A stretch of DNA of 64,000 bases from Cyanophyceae cyanobacterium (GTDB lineage: Bacteria > Cyanobacteriota > Cyanobacteriia > Cyanobacteriales > Laspinemataceae), in the NCBI GenBank assembly GCA_038321985.1, contig JBBQFN010000021.1, positions 1 to 64,000 on the forward strand, in the 5' to 3' direction. The notes under the pieces were generated by a model that had not been told where the DNA came from, did not search any database, and was given only the letters and a program-made list of their open reading frames with translations. Positions within the stretch are counted from its first letter, which is position 1; every line of letters starts with the position of its first letter. The position numbers and the translations under genes are program-made. Shown piece by piece: positions 29,726 to 40,643 of this stretch.

Positions 29726-31629
29726 GGCTGATTTTCCTTTGTTTTGTGTTTGAGTGCTTCCAGTTGTTGCCAAAAGCGATCGCGTTCAATCCGGCTGGTA
29801 ATACGAGTGATTAATTCTGGCCCAACGATGGGTTTCCCAATAAAATCATCGGCTCCTACGGCGAATACCTGACGCAAGGATTGAGCATCAGTGTGAGCGG
29901 TTACTACTAAAATGGGGAGGTCTCCCCAATGGGGATCTTGTCGCACGACTTGACACAAATCAATCCCATTAAATTTTGGCATTTCTAGATCTAAAATAAG
30001 CAGATCTGGGGCGACTGCGGTCAAAATTTCCCAAAATTTTTCGGGATTATCCAGGGTTGTCACCTCTAGTCCCCAGGGTTGTAGTAGTGCCTTCATTACC
30101 GCTAAGGCAGCGGGGTCGTCATCGACAATTAGGACCTTGGCTTCTGGGGTTTCTTTTGCGGGTAAGACTTGGGTGAGGGCTTTAAAAATTTGGTGATCGG
30201 AGGCAGGTTTGAGCAAAAATCCCCGTCCCCCAAACCGAGAAACGGCGACGCGATCGGCGAGGTTATCTAGGGCGGTAAAAACCAAAATCGGAAGGTCCGT
30301 AAACTGGTGGGTGACTTCCTGTAACCATCGCAGTCCGGCTTTTTCTTCCCCGAAAGAGGTGCTGGAGTCGGGACAGGCGATATCTAGAAGGATGAGGTGC
30401 GGGGGGGTCCGGGCAACTGCCTGACGAGCTTCGCTGAGGGTCTGGGCTGTTTCTAAGTGCATCCCTAGGTTCGCTGCTTGGGTTTCTAGGGAGGTGGCGA
30501 TCGCCGGATCTGGATCAACGACGAGTAGGGTCTGCGGTTTTGGAGGGGGGGCAATTTCTAGGGTAACTTCGGTTGGGGGTTTTGCCAGTTCTTCCTTTAA
30601 GGCAAGGGTCAGTTGTTGCAACTGGAGGGTTTCGGCTTTGCCTAGGAGGGTTTCTGACATCAGCAGATATTCGATTTTCCGAGCGAGGTTGGAGCCTTCG
30701 AGATAGCCGAATGGACCCAGGGAACCGGCTAATTTATGGGCTTCCTGGATGGCTCGTTTCTGGAGTTCTTCGGTGAGTTCCCCGTCTGCAAGGGCGCTGT
30801 GCGATCGCTGTATTAAGGCAATTTGTTCGTTTAATCGGGGTCGGTATTTTTCCAGAATCTGAGCAATGGAGGTGTTTACTTTTAATTTCTTGCCGCGACT
30901 GGGAGTCTTCTGAGTTTGGGCATTTTTAGCTTCGGGAGTCTCTGAATTTGTCTCGGTGGCAGGTTTGAGGCGATAGCCTAATCCATACACGGTTTCGATG
31001 GGGTCGTTCTCGATTCCCACGGCTTTAAATTTCTGCCGCAAGTCTTTAATATGAACGGTAACCGCATTTTCCGTCGGTGAATCATCAAAGGACCATAGGC
31101 GATCGATAATGGCGCTGCGACTGAATACCCGTTGCGGGTTTCTTAAAAACAGTTCCAAGAGCTTGTATTCTGTAGCTGTCACCCCCAAGGATTGCCCACC
31201 CCAGGTGACTTCCCCAGACACCGGGTTTAAGCAGAGGTCTAACCAGGTTAAAGTAGCTGTAACCGGAGAAGTCCTCCTTCGTAATAAGGCCCGAATTCGC
31301 GCCATCAGTTCGGAGAGATTGTAGGGTTTGACAACATAATCATCCGCTCCCGCATCTAACCCAGTGACGATATCCTGGGGAGAGTCTTTAGCAGTCAGCA
31401 GTAAAATCGGCTTTTGATAGCCTTGTTCTCGCAGTTTTCGGCACAAGCTGATCCCATCAAGTTTGGGAATTACCAAGTCGAGTACAATTAGGTCACAGTC
31501 TAACATCGTTGCCAGTTCCAGGGCCGTTTGTCCATCCGCTGCTACTTCTACGCTGTAGTTTTGCTTTCTCAGGGCGAGGGAAAGTGCCGCACTCGCCGGT
31601 TCGTCATCTTCAACTAAAATTATTTTCAT
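29722..31629 (-). CDS. RcaC-like response regulator REC-wHTH-Hpt-REC-REC
   Basis: OmpR-type IETVYGLGYRL; Hpt AHKLAGS; two further REC domains. Confidence 0.9.
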   Translation of the reverse strand: MKIILVEDDEPASAALSLALRKQNYSVEVAADGQTALELATMLDCDLIVLDLVIPKLDGISLCRKLREQGYQKPILLLTAKDSPQDIVTGLDAGADDYVVKPYNLSELMARIRALLRRRTSPVTATLTWLDLCLNPVSGEVTWGGQSLGVTATEYKLLELFLRNPQRVFSRSAIIDRLWSFDDSPTENAVTVHIKDLRQKFKAVGIENDPIETVYGLGYRLKPATETNSETPEAKNAQTQKTPSRGKKLKVNTSIAQILEKYRPRLNEQIALIQRSHSALADGELTEELQKRAIQEAHKLAGSLGPFGYLEGSNLARKIEYLLMSETLLGKAETLQLQQLTLALKEELAKPPTEVTLEIAPPPKPQTLLVVDPDPAIATSLETQAANLGMHLETAQTLSEARQAVARTPPHLILLDIACPDSSTSFGEEKAGLRWLQEVTHQFTDLPILVFTALDNLADRVAVSRFGGRGFLLKPASDHQIFKALTQVLPAKETPEAKVLIVDDDPAALAVMKALLQPWGLEVTTLDNPEKFWEILTAVAPDLLILDLEMPKFNGIDLCQVVRQDPHWGDLPILVVTAHTDAQSLRQVFAVGADDFIGKPIVGPELITRITSRIERDRFWQQLEALKHKTKENQP

Positions 31630-31896
31630 TACTTCTGAAGGTTTGTATCAGTTACGACATCGGGTCCTGGCCTCGGCTGTGTTATCCTCCTACCATCCGC
31701 TCAGTCTGGGTATAGGGCTAGTTTTGATGTTTTATTCCAATTTTACCCCAGGGGCGATCGCCCTTTTTTAAGAATTTACAAATAAAAAGTATAATTTTTC
31801 TGCCGACTCATCAGGGCGATCGCGGGTTAAACTGCGGTAACAGAACACCTTCATTTCGATTAAAATAGAGGTAGTTTCCTTCACGGCTTCCCTGCT

Positions 31897-32511
31897 ATGG
31901 GCATTCAAGTTAAACAGCTCTATCGCGCCTTTCAACTGTACCAAACTTCAGGAAATTTAGGGGATTTTGCCCTGTTAAAGGCTGATGCTTTGGGTGCAAA
32001 AATCCATCCGAATCTGGCCCAAAAGCTAGCATCGGTGACTGGATACTATCCTGAAATCAATATCAAACAATTGTTACAGTATCCCCCCGCAACCTTCGGA
32101 CGCGACTATGCCGTTCATCTCACGAGCAATCGCCTCAGACCCTTTAATATCAGCCCCGAACTCGACAAAATTGCCCAACGGAATGTCTTCGCCCTCCGCT
32201 ATGCCGTCACTCACGATATTCTACACTGTTTGCTAGCCTTTGATACCACTTATGCCGGAGAAATCGGGGTTTTAGCTTTTGCTGCGGCTCAAAATTATAG
32301 TCCCTCGCTCCAAGTGAGTCTCACTTTTGCCCAAGCCCTCTATCCCCTTTTAGCCCCTAGACAACGAAAGGCTATCTTTGCTAACCTAGCCAAAGGACAA
32401 AAACTTGGAAAACAGGCTGATTTTTTATTAGGCTATCGATTTGAAGACCATTGGCACGAACCGATCACCCAAGTGCGTCTGAACTTAGGGTTACCGGCAA
32501 CTGTTGAGTAA
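31897..32511 (+). CDS. Coq4 family protein
   Basis: P.TFG..Y and HDILH...E zinc-binding motif. Confidence 0.8.
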   Translation: MGIQVKQLYRAFQLYQTSGNLGDFALLKADALGAKIHPNLAQKLASVTGYYPEINIKQLLQYPPATFGRDYAVHLTSNRLRPFNISPELDKIAQRNVFALRYAVTHDILHCLLAFDTTYAGEIGVLAFAAAQNYSPSLQVSLTFAQALYPLLAPRQRKAIFANLAKGQKLGKQADFLLGYRFEDHWHEPITQVRLNLGLPATVE

Positions 32512-33105
32512 AGGACTGCCATAAAAAACCCGGGTTTTTCCCAGAATAGGGCAGTTAATAATGGTTATCTATTATCTAATTCTGTGGGAAGAAAGAGCGT
32601 CTTGCTCCTTAGTGCCGTAAGACAACAAGATACTCCCACTCCCTCAATTGTAGGGTCATACTGATTTAGATAGGCTATACAACCGTGCTTATTGGTAAGA
32701 AAATTGGTTTCCCTAGCCCTGCTTTTAGAAACCTTCTAATGATTTATACTCAGGTATAGCTTTTTTGCAATCGACGCATTAAAGGTTAACTTTATTTGTT
32801 GCAAATCCTTAAATTATTCTGTAGCTTTTCTAACTAATTGCGAAAAAATGTAACAGATAATCCTTTTTGAACAAAAATTTGCTTACAATAGAATTTAATC
32901 GGTGAATCCCCCTTCCTAGCCGGCAATTCCCTATAATAGAGGGTGATTTCCTTGGGAATGGGGTTTTACGATGTAGCCAGAGTTTAGGCGTTCATGCCTA
33001 TATACCCCACTTAAAAAAGGATTATAAGTGACAGGTTAGGAGTTACCTATTAATTCAGAACCTACCCCTTAATTCCATGTCGTCTTTATCCCTAGAGGTT
33101 GTTTT

Positions 33106-33306
33106 ATGTCATCTGATAACCAAACCGTGCCAAATCTGCACACCCAACAAGAAGTAGAAGCGGCAGTGAAGGAATATAAAAGTAGTGACTTAAGCGGGAG
33201 CGAGTTACTCCCTTTATGGCAAGCAATCCACGATGCATCGTTGGATTTAGGGGAGTCTACACTCGTTGAGGCCGAAGAAGAAGTGCCCGGGGAAGATAGT
33301 TATTAA
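33106..33306 (+). CDS. Small acidic hypothetical protein (66 aa)
   Basis: AGAGG RBS before ATG; free-standing; TATAAT near 32932; convergent hairpin downstream. Confidence 0.55.
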   Translation: MSSDNQTVPNLHTQQEVEAAVKEYKSSDLSGSELLPLWQAIHDASLDLGESTLVEAEEEVPGEDSY

Positions 33307-33390
33307 CGAACATTTCCGCTGTTAGAGGCAACTCTCCAAAATTCTCCCCCAATGCCGGGTAAACTCTATAACCTTTATCCCGGGTGGGAT

Positions 33391-33432
33391 GCCGCCGATT
33401 CTAAAGCTGCGATCGCAGTTGCAGTCGGCGGC
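33391..33432. terminator. Hairpin between the small ORF and gltD
   Basis: GCCGCCGA ... TCGGCGGC with a central HIP1. Confidence 0.45.
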
Positions 33433-33448
33433 ACAAGGGTTTCCGAAT

Positions 33449-34933
33449 TTAAGGTAAATCCGTGTTTCCCATCAGGTAAAGATCGCACTCCCGAGCAACC
33501 CCGCGACCTTCATTAATCGCCCAAACTACCAGACTTTGACCTCGACGGCAATCTCCTGCCGCAAACACACCGGGAAGACTGGTTGTATATTTCTCATGTT
33601 CCGCTTTGACATTACTGCGGCCATCCCGTTCTAATCCTAAAGCATCCAACAGCGGCTGTTCCGGACCCAGGAATCCCATAGCCAACAACACCAACTGTGT
33701 AGGAACCACCTTCTCCGTACCGGGAACCGGCTTTGGAGTATAGCGGCCTTGCTCATCCTTGAGCCATTCCACAACCACCGTATGTACCGCTTTCACCCGG
33801 CCTTTGTCATCTCCCTCAAACTTCGTTGCCGTAGTTATATAAGTGCGGGGGTCCGCTCCAAATTTCGCTGCTGCCTCCTCCTGACCGTAATCCATCTTAT
33901 ACACTTTCGGCCATTCCGGCCAAGGGTTATTAGAGGCCCGACTCTCCGGCGGTTTCGGCAGAATTTCCAATTGGACAACACTATTGCATCCGTGACGAAC
34001 GGAGGTTCCCACACAGTCAGTCCCTGTGTCACCGCCACCGATAATCACTACATCTTTGCCTTCAGCAGAAATAAAGCTACCGTTTTTGTGTCGGTCCAGG
34101 ACTGCTTTTGTATTACCCGTGAGGAAGTCCATCGCAAAGTAAATCCCCTGTAAATCCCGCCCTTCAATTGGTAAATCCCGGGGTTTCGTTGCGCCGGTAC
34201 AGAGCACCACCGCATCATACTCCTGCATCAGTTGTTCAGCAGTGATATCTTTGCCAACTTCTGTATTACAGAGGAATTTTACCCCTTCATCTTCCAGGAG
34301 TTTAATCCGGCGTAATACTACTTGCTCCTTATCTAATTTCATGTTAGGAATACCGTACATCAGCAATCCACCGGGGCGATCGGCCCTCTCATACACGGTT
34401 ACCCAATGTCCCACCCGGTTTAACTGTGCCGCTGCTGCTAATCCAGCAGGACCGGATCCGATAATGGCGACTTTTTTACCCGTTCGCTTCTCCGGCGTTT
34501 CGGCAGTAATCCAACCCTCATCCCATCCTTTATCGGCGATCGTATTTTCAATATTTTTAATCGTCACCGGGGGGTTCGTGATGCCGAGGACACAGGACCC
34601 TTCACAAGGTGCAGGACAGACTCGACCTGTGAATTCCGGGAAATTGTTCGTTTTGTGGAGGCGATCGAGCGCTTCATGCCACAGACCCCGATACACGAGA
34701 TCATTCCATTCCGGGATCAGGTTATTCACGGGACAACCGCTTGCCATCCCACTGATCACGGTGCCGGTATGACAGAAAGGAGTGCCGCAATCCATACACC
34801 GCGCCGCCTGGGTGCGGAGTTTGTCCTCCTCCATGTGCAGGTGGAACTCATCCCAGTTGCCAATGCGATCGAGTGGGTTCAGTTCAGACGGTAATTCGCG
34901 CAGGTATTCAATAAAGCCAGTGGGTTTTCCCAT
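33449..34933 (-). CDS. gltD: Glutamate synthase (NADH) small subunit
   Basis: [28 protein letters not shown] and GGGDTG motifs. Confidence 0.96.
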   Translation of the reverse strand: MGKPTGFIEYLRELPSELNPLDRIGNWDEFHLHMEEDKLRTQAARCMDCGTPFCHTGTVISGMASGCPVNNLIPEWNDLVYRGLWHEALDRLHKTNNFPEFTGRVCPAPCEGSCVLGITNPPVTIKNIENTIADKGWDEGWITAETPEKRTGKKVAIIGSGPAGLAAAAQLNRVGHWVTVYERADRPGGLLMYGIPNMKLDKEQVVLRRIKLLEDEGVKFLCNTEVGKDITAEQLMQEYDAVVLCTGATKPRDLPIEGRDLQGIYFAMDFLTGNTKAVLDRHKNGSFISAEGKDVVIIGGGDTGTDCVGTSVRHGCNSVVQLEILPKPPESRASNNPWPEWPKVYKMDYGQEEAAAKFGADPRTYITTATKFEGDDKGRVKAVHTVVVEWLKDEQGRYTPKPVPGTEKVVPTQLVLLAMGFLGPEQPLLDALGLERDGRSNVKAEHEKYTTSLPGVFAAGDCRRGQSLVVWAINEGRGVARECDLYLMGNTDLP

Positions 34934-35399
34934 CGTTAGTGTCCTCTGTTCAAGATTCAGTCAGGGTTCGGGTTAAAAGGCGGCAGGGTGCAGACGGCCA
35001 AAACTGTGCAAGCGATCGCTGACAAGCCCTTTGATTCTAAAGGTTTGCCGTATTTTATCATTGCCTTCATTGAAAGTGAATATCGAATTGTTAAGCAGGG
35101 TCCTATAGATTCCCCCGTGAAAAATCCAGCCAATCCGTATCCCAAGCGGATTCTCTCCCCCTCCTCCCTACACCTCTCCCGGGCTTCCAAATGTTATCAT
35201 TTTCCAACATTCTGCCCGTCTTGAGGGCATCATCCAACTGGGTTGAGGCGCAGTTATAGAGTGCGTCCGATCCCCTATTTATTCCCTTTATCCCCAACTT
35301 CGGCTCGCTGACGTACCTGATGGCTCACGGTTTAACTCTTATTTTCCGGTTCATGAGTCTCCCAAATTCACAACCTTAGTATAACCGATTTCTGCTTCC

Positions 35400-36047
35400 C
35401 TAGCTTTCCTCTATCCTCCCTCTCACCCAAGCACGAAAAGCCTTAATCGCCTTATTTCTACCTTCAACTTTACTTTGCTCTAAATACTGGGGAATCACCT
35501 CACATAAAGGTAATCCGGGGAAATGAGGACTTTCACTCATCTGAACATATTGCCCCCCTTGCAACACATTAATTTCCAACGTCGTCCCATCAAACCGCCA
35601 GAGTTCTCTCACCCCTAATGCTTGATAATTATTAAACAGAGTTCGAGCAGTGATATCAATTTCAATCGCTAAATCCGGCGGCGGGTCTACCGTCAAATCA
35701 ATCCGTTTTTTTCCCCGGATAGCTGCCTCATTTTCAATATAGAAACAGTCATCAGCTTCTACCCCTTGTTGCATCACTTCATTTTTAAAGGTGGTAGATC
35801 CTAAACTCCAAAAATCTAAATCTTGTTCCTCCATCAAAACTTTAACTAAATCGCCAATCATCACTTTATTGGCCTCATGTTCCGGTAATGGCACCATAAC
35901 TTCTAAGACACCCTGACTATAATTAATCCGCACACCAGGCTTTTCCGCATACTCCTCTAACAGTTGTTCATACATCCGCCAACTAACATCAGTCATCAAG
36001 AGTTGTCCACCCGGTGACACCCTAATTTTTTTAAATTGAACTTGCAT
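35400..36047 (-). CDS. Uma2 family endonuclease (copy 2)
   Basis: PLPEHE, EADDCFY, PDLAIEID and LGVRELW motifs; GGAGG RBS (ATG at 36050 is also possible). Confidence 0.9.
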   Translation of the reverse strand: MQVQFKKIRVSPGGQLLMTDVSWRMYEQLLEEYAEKPGVRINYSQGVLEVMVPLPEHEANKVMIGDLVKVLMEEQDLDFWSLGSTTFKNEVMQQGVEADDCFYIENEAAIRGKKRIDLTVDPPPDLAIEIDITARTLFNNYQALGVRELWRFDGTTLEINVLQGGQYVQMSESPHFPGLPLCEVIPQYLEQSKVEGRNKAIKAFRAWVRGRIEES

Positions 36048-36137
36048 CATTTCCTCCAATAGAATGGATTATATTAACTTAAAGTTAGGTTTTCAATAGT
36101 TAGAAGAAAATATTCGTCATAACTTATCTATTCCTCC

Positions 36138-36785
36138 CTAGCTTACCTCAATTCTCCCCCTCACCCAAGCGCGAAAAGCCTTAATCGACTTATTTCTACC
36201 TTCAACTTTACTTTGTTGTAAATACTGAGGAATCACCTCACCCAAAGGCAAACCGGGAAAATGAGGACTTTCACTCATTTGAATATATTCCCCCCCCTGC
36301 AACACATTGATTTCCAACGTCGTCCCATCAAACCGCCACAGTTCTCTTACCCCTAATGCTTGATAATTATTAAACCGAGTCCGAGCAGTAATATCAATTT
36401 CAATCGCCAAATCCGGCGGGGGATCTACCGTTAAATCAATCCGTTTTTTCCCCCGGATAGCTGCCTCATTTTCAATATAGAAGCAGCTATCGGCTTCTAA
36501 ACCCTGTTGCATCTTTTCACTTTTAAACGTAGTAGAAGCGAGATTTCTAAATTCGATATCGAGTTCTTCTAGCAAAACCTCCACCAAGTTACTAATAATA
36601 ATTTTATCATCTTCATGTTCCGGTAATGGCACCATAACTTCTAAGACACCCTGACTATAATTAATCCGCACACCCGAGTTTTCTGCATACTCTTCTAACA
36701 GTTGTTCATACATCGGCCAACTAACATCAGTCATCAAGAGTTGTCCACCCGGTGACACCCTAATTTTTTTAATTTGAACTTGCAT
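36138..36785 (-). CDS. Uma2 family endonuclease (copy 1)
   Basis: Same motifs; tandem paralog; GGAGG RBS 5 nt before ATG 36785. Confidence 0.9.
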   Translation of the reverse strand: MQVQIKKIRVSPGGQLLMTDVSWPMYEQLLEEYAENSGVRINYSQGVLEVMVPLPEHEDDKIIISNLVEVLLEELDIEFRNLASTTFKSEKMQQGLEADSCFYIENEAAIRGKKRIDLTVDPPPDLAIEIDITARTRFNNYQALGVRELWRFDGTTLEINVLQGGEYIQMSESPHFPGLPLGEVIPQYLQQSKVEGRNKSIKAFRAWVRGRIEVS

Positions 36786-36830
36786 ACTTGCCTCCAATAG
36801 AGTTAAGGAGATTTTCCGGAAAGTTTGATC

Positions 36831-36866
36831 TACTGTGGTGCTGATTTACAAATCAGCACCGCAGTA
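36831..36866. terminator. Hairpin downstream of the DUF2243 gene
   Basis: TACTGTGGTGCTGATTT-ac-AAATCAGCACCGCAGTA. Confidence 0.6.
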
Positions 36867-36911
36867 ATTTATTATTAAATCAAAGACACTTATTTAATTC
36901 CTACCCTGATA

Positions 36912-37424
36912 TCAGGTGCTATTTCGAGCCGCCCGAATTAAAACCCAGCCAATAACCAACAGCAGCGCCCCCACTCCTAAAAAACCCAGGTCCCAAAGAA
37001 GTTGGTGAGGTCCTGGTTTCAAGTGATGGATGCCGAGAATGTGGTGGTCGATAACGCCTTCAACTAGGTTAAACAACCCCGCCCCCATTAGCAAAGCCCC
37101 AAAAAATGCTTGACCCGAGTTAGGAACGTTTGCTTGCATTTGAGCCCGCCACAGCAGAAAGATTCCAACCAGAGTAAACAGCCAATCAGCTAGGTGGAAA
37201 AGGCCATCCCCTAAAGTATTAATCTCCATCCCGGCAACGGTCATATCAGTTGTGAGACTGGAGAACATATGATGCCATTGCAAGAGTTGATGGAAGATAA
37301 TACCATCAAAAAAGCCTCCTTGTCCAAGCCCTAACACCAAACCTGCAATGATGAGTGGACCATAGTCGAATTGAGTGGCGATCGCCGGATTGATTAAACT
37401 AGAGGATTCATCGTTGTTTTTCAT
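36912..37424 (-). CDS. DUF2243 family membrane protein
   Basis: GFFDGIIFHQLLQWHHM, DGLFH and DHHILGIHH motifs. Confidence 0.85.
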   Translation of the reverse strand: MKNNDESSSLINPAIATQFDYGPLIIAGLVLGLGQGGFFDGIIFHQLLQWHHMFSSLTTDMTVAGMEINTLGDGLFHLADWLFTLVGIFLLWRAQMQANVPNSGQAFFGALLMGAGLFNLVEGVIDHHILGIHHLKPGPHQLLWDLGFLGVGALLLVIGWVLIRAARNST

Positions 37425-37756
37425 AAAGCGGCTGGTTTTCCTTTCATTATAAGATGGGCTAAACGGGCAAGACCCCCAGAAAATAGCCTTCTGAGAAACA
37501 CCACCCCCGGAGACAACTATTAAACATACCTAGAAAGCCGCCTTTGCGACTGAGTTTAACTGTTTTCTGAGGGTATTGTAGGACTAGATAGCCCGCCGAA
37601 CCCACAAAAAACGGGGTATTGAGGGTGATTCTATACCATAATTCGGTGGGGCGATCGCAGATGAAAACTGATCCCAGGGTGGCGATCGCACTATTCTTGG
37701 AGCAAATTGGCCCAACTGTATTGGATAATCAAGATGCAGTCTCAATCACACCTTTG

Positions 37757-38272
37757 ATGACGATGTACGACGGCACCTACTATTCACTGATGGCTGAGTA
37801 CAATTGCTGGATGAATCAGAAGATTTATCACGTTTGTGCGTCCATTCCAGACGAACAACGTAAACAAAATATGGGGGCTTTTTTCAAGTCGATTCATGGG
37901 ACCCTCAATCACCTGCTTTACGGGGATAAAGCCTGGATGGGACGATTTACGAATCAGCCGTTTTCCGGGACATCGCTCTCACAGGAGTTGTATGTGGATT
38001 TTGAGGAGTTGAGAGCACAACGGGAAAAAACAGACCAGCAAATTTTAGAATGGTCAAAAGATCTTGACCCTGACTGGTTAAGCCAACCGTTTGCATACAC
38101 CAGTCATTCCGACGGAAAACAGCGCGTGATGCCTGGTTGGATTTTGGTGACTCATCTGTTCAACCATCAGACTCATCACCGAGGGCAGGTAACGACGCTG
38201 ATTAAACAACTGGGCTATGAACCCGGGGTCACCGATATTCCTTGGATGCCTGAGGTGAATGAGTTGGGCTAG
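37757..38272 (+). CDS. DinB family protein (start uncertain; frame is open from 37619)
   Basis: YNCWMN, FFKSIHGTLNHL and HLFNHQTHHRGQ motifs. Confidence 0.9.
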   Translation: MTMYDGTYYSLMAEYNCWMNQKIYHVCASIPDEQRKQNMGAFFKSIHGTLNHLLYGDKAWMGRFTNQPFSGTSLSQELYVDFEELRAQREKTDQQILEWSKDLDPDWLSQPFAYTSHSDGKQRVMPGWILVTHLFNHQTHHRGQVTTLIKQLGYEPGVTDIPWMPEVNELG

Positions 38273-38487
38273 GGACGGTTTCTGATGGTGGCGATCGCTT
38301 GTAGAAAACTGTCATGGGGCGAGCGCAACTAACGCGATCGCTACGGGTTTTAAGCCCTTTTATCTATCTTTAATCAAGCCCCAGGCTTTGACATTCATCC
38401 CTAAAAATCCTATGATGTACCTGCCTTATCCACAAAATGCCCAGCATATCTCATTAAACTTAATTGTTCTCCCGTTAACTAAATAAC

Positions 38488-39348
38488 ATGAAGCCAGTTG
38501 TTAAATTTACCAGCATATTTTTAGTCGCATTCATGGCGATAACATTAGCTTTCCTTCATCCTTCATTATCAACGATGCTCCCGCCCGATATAGAGCCTAC
38601 TCCGCCACAAATTGCTCAAAATACCAAATTTCTGAGACATTTTCAAGATTTGGGAGTTGAAGGTTCAATCATAATTTATGACTTAAAAAATAATCAGCTA
38701 TTTGAACATAACCCGCAACGAAATAGAACCGCTTTCCCAACTGCTTCGACGTTTAAAATTCTCAATTCTTTAATTTCCTTAGAAACAGGGGTGATTTCCG
38801 ATGAACTTGCTATTTTAACTTGGGACGGAATAGAAAGAAGCCTTCCACAATGGAATAGAGACTTAAATTTGAGAGAAGCCTTTAAACTTTCTGCCGTGTG
38901 GTTTTATCAGGTTTTAGCCCGCCGCGTAGGATATGACCGAATGCAGGAAATGGTAATTCAATCCGGCTATGGCAATCAAAAAATTGGTCAAAAAGAGGAT
39001 ATCGATAAATTTTGGCTGAATGGAGAGCTAACTATTACACCTCAAGAAACTATCAATTTTTTACGTCGCCTTTATCAGAACGACTTGCCTTTTTCTGAAC
39101 GGTCACTTTCTATCGTGAAAGATATTATGATTAACGAAAAAACTCCAGAATATACAATCCGGGCTAAAACAGGTTGGTTTGGGTATGGACAGGACACTAT
39201 CCCCAATATTGGATGGTATGTGGGCTATTTAGAAAAAGAAGAAAATACTTACTTTTTCGCCTCAAATATCGATATCCTTAAGCCAGAAGATGGATCAGCT
39301 CGATTAGAATTAGTCCGTCGCTGCTTTCAAGATTTAGGAGTGTTATAA
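38488..39348 (+). CDS. Class D (OXA-like) beta-lactamase with signal peptide
   Basis: STFK, SAV, YGN and KTG motifs. Confidence 0.92.
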   Translation: MKPVVKFTSIFLVAFMAITLAFLHPSLSTMLPPDIEPTPPQIAQNTKFLRHFQDLGVEGSIIIYDLKNNQLFEHNPQRNRTAFPTASTFKILNSLISLETGVISDELAILTWDGIERSLPQWNRDLNLREAFKLSAVWFYQVLARRVGYDRMQEMVIQSGYGNQKIGQKEDIDKFWLNGELTITPQETINFLRRLYQNDLPFSERSLSIVKDIMINEKTPEYTIRAKTGWFGYGQDTIPNIGWYVGYLEKEENTYFFASNIDILKPEDGSARLELVRRCFQDLGVL

Positions 39349-39440
39349 ACTGAATCGGTTATAGGCGGCTGCAATACTATCAGAAATTTATTCTCTGAAG
39401 TGAAAATTTGTGTAACCTGTGTCCCCTCCACCAATCAAAA

Positions 39441-39497
39441 GAGGGTAGGCAACCGCTCTCCCTCCTATTATCTCCTAGCTACCACCAATCCGGGCAA
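39441..39497 (-). repeat. Diverged direct-repeat copy of the gltB 3' end and terminator (partner at 42802-42856)
   Basis: Encodes ARIGGS*, like the gltB C-terminus; aligns with 5 substitutions and a 2-nt indel. Confidence 0.9.
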
Positions 39498-39644
39498 TAT
39501 ACCCAGGCTCTGTCTCTTCATCCTATTAACTAATCCAGTAATATCCGGTTACAATTTCTTTTCTTGGGAATGCAAAATGGGAGGCTCTGCCTCCTAATAA
39601 ACTACTCCCAATCACCAAATCATACCATCAATTTTAACCATTAA

Positions 39645-40643
39645 TCAATAATAATTTTCCCAAGTTGTTCCCTTTAATTTATGAGCTAAATCCTCGGCAT
39701 CCCTGACATTTAATTGGCTAATATCAAAGTATTGTTTACTACTTTGCATCCCCCCGGGACTCGCTTTAACAAAATCAGTGGGATGTAAATCGGCCAGAAT
39801 AAACACTCGTGCCGGATACCAGGAGTTATCGATTTTACTGCGGCGACTTCTTGCCGTTTCCACTAACTCTAAATCAGGTTTATCGATATTTTTCCATTTA
39901 ATCGAAAAAGTCTCTTCAGACTCTAAATCCACAACCGCCTCAATCTTGGCAATTTGCTCAACTCGCTTGTTGCGGTACATCCCAAAGTAAAGACTACGGC
40001 GATGATTGTAACTCCCATCCGTTGCGGGACAGACGTAAATTTGATGCTGGAGGTTATCATCGAAAGAGACGCGACAATTTACGACATCCAGATGGTATTT
40101 CCAAGAAGGGAGTAAATTTTCTTCATTCATATACTCTTCTAAGTTAGCGATCGTATCCACCAGATTTTTCGGCAAATAGCTGAGTTTCAACGCTTGCAGA
40201 AATTGCTCAAAGCTAACTGGTGCAAAGGTGACTCCCATTTCTTTTGCAAGGCGATCGATATCTTGGAACGCTTCCGGGTTGGGTTCTTCCCATTCAAAGT
40301 TACCCAAAGCCATCAATACCTTAATTCCCGCCTCTTCTTTCATTGCCTCAAGATGGCGGCTTAATTGCTCTAAATTAAACCGATTATCCCGTTTCGTTTC
40401 GATAACAATGGAGAAAGCATCCTGACTAATTTTACCATCCGGTACGCTTTTTTTACCTCGGTTTTGTTGGCTAAACTTGACCCCAACTACTCCTGATAAG
40501 CGCTCCCCTAATAATGTACTCAAGACTTCTGATAAAAATTTAGGATTTTCTTCGTAAAGCAGTTTGAGAATGAGTAAGCAGTAGTTTGTCGTCTGATTTT
40601 CTCTTTGAACATAATTAGAAAACAGCCGGATATTTTTGCTCAT
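39645..40643 (-). CDS. PD-(D/E)xK nuclease domain protein with an uncharacterised C-terminal domain
   Basis: REN..T, VPDG...IETK and QL..H motif arrangement. Confidence 0.7.
   Translation of the reverse strand: MSKNIRLFSNYVQRENQTTNYCLLILKLLYEENPKFLSEVLSTLLGERLSGVVGVKFSQQNRGKKSVPDGKISQDAFSIVIETKRDNRFNLEQLSRHLEAMKEEAGIKVLMALGNFEWEEPNPEAFQDIDRLAKEMGVTFAPVSFEQFLQALKLSYLPKNLVDTIANLEEYMNEENLLPSWKYHLDVVNCRVSFDDNLQHQIYVCPATDGSYNHRRSLYFGMYRNKRVEQIAKIEAVVDLESEETFSIKWKNIDKPDLELVETARSRRSKIDNSWYPARVFILADLHPTDFVKASPGGMQSSKQYFDISQLNVRDAEDLAHKLKGTTWENYY

Noticed and set aside
34957..35354. Short ORFs upstream of gltD, including MNRKIRVKP* resembling the Uma2 N-terminus
   Set aside because: Similarity is too short to support a third Uma2 remnant; the overlapping ORFs have no motifs
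39599..39620. Weak similarity of AAACTACTCCCAATCACCAAAT to 42771-42796 downstream of gltB
   Set aside because: Low-complexity, gapped match that could be chance
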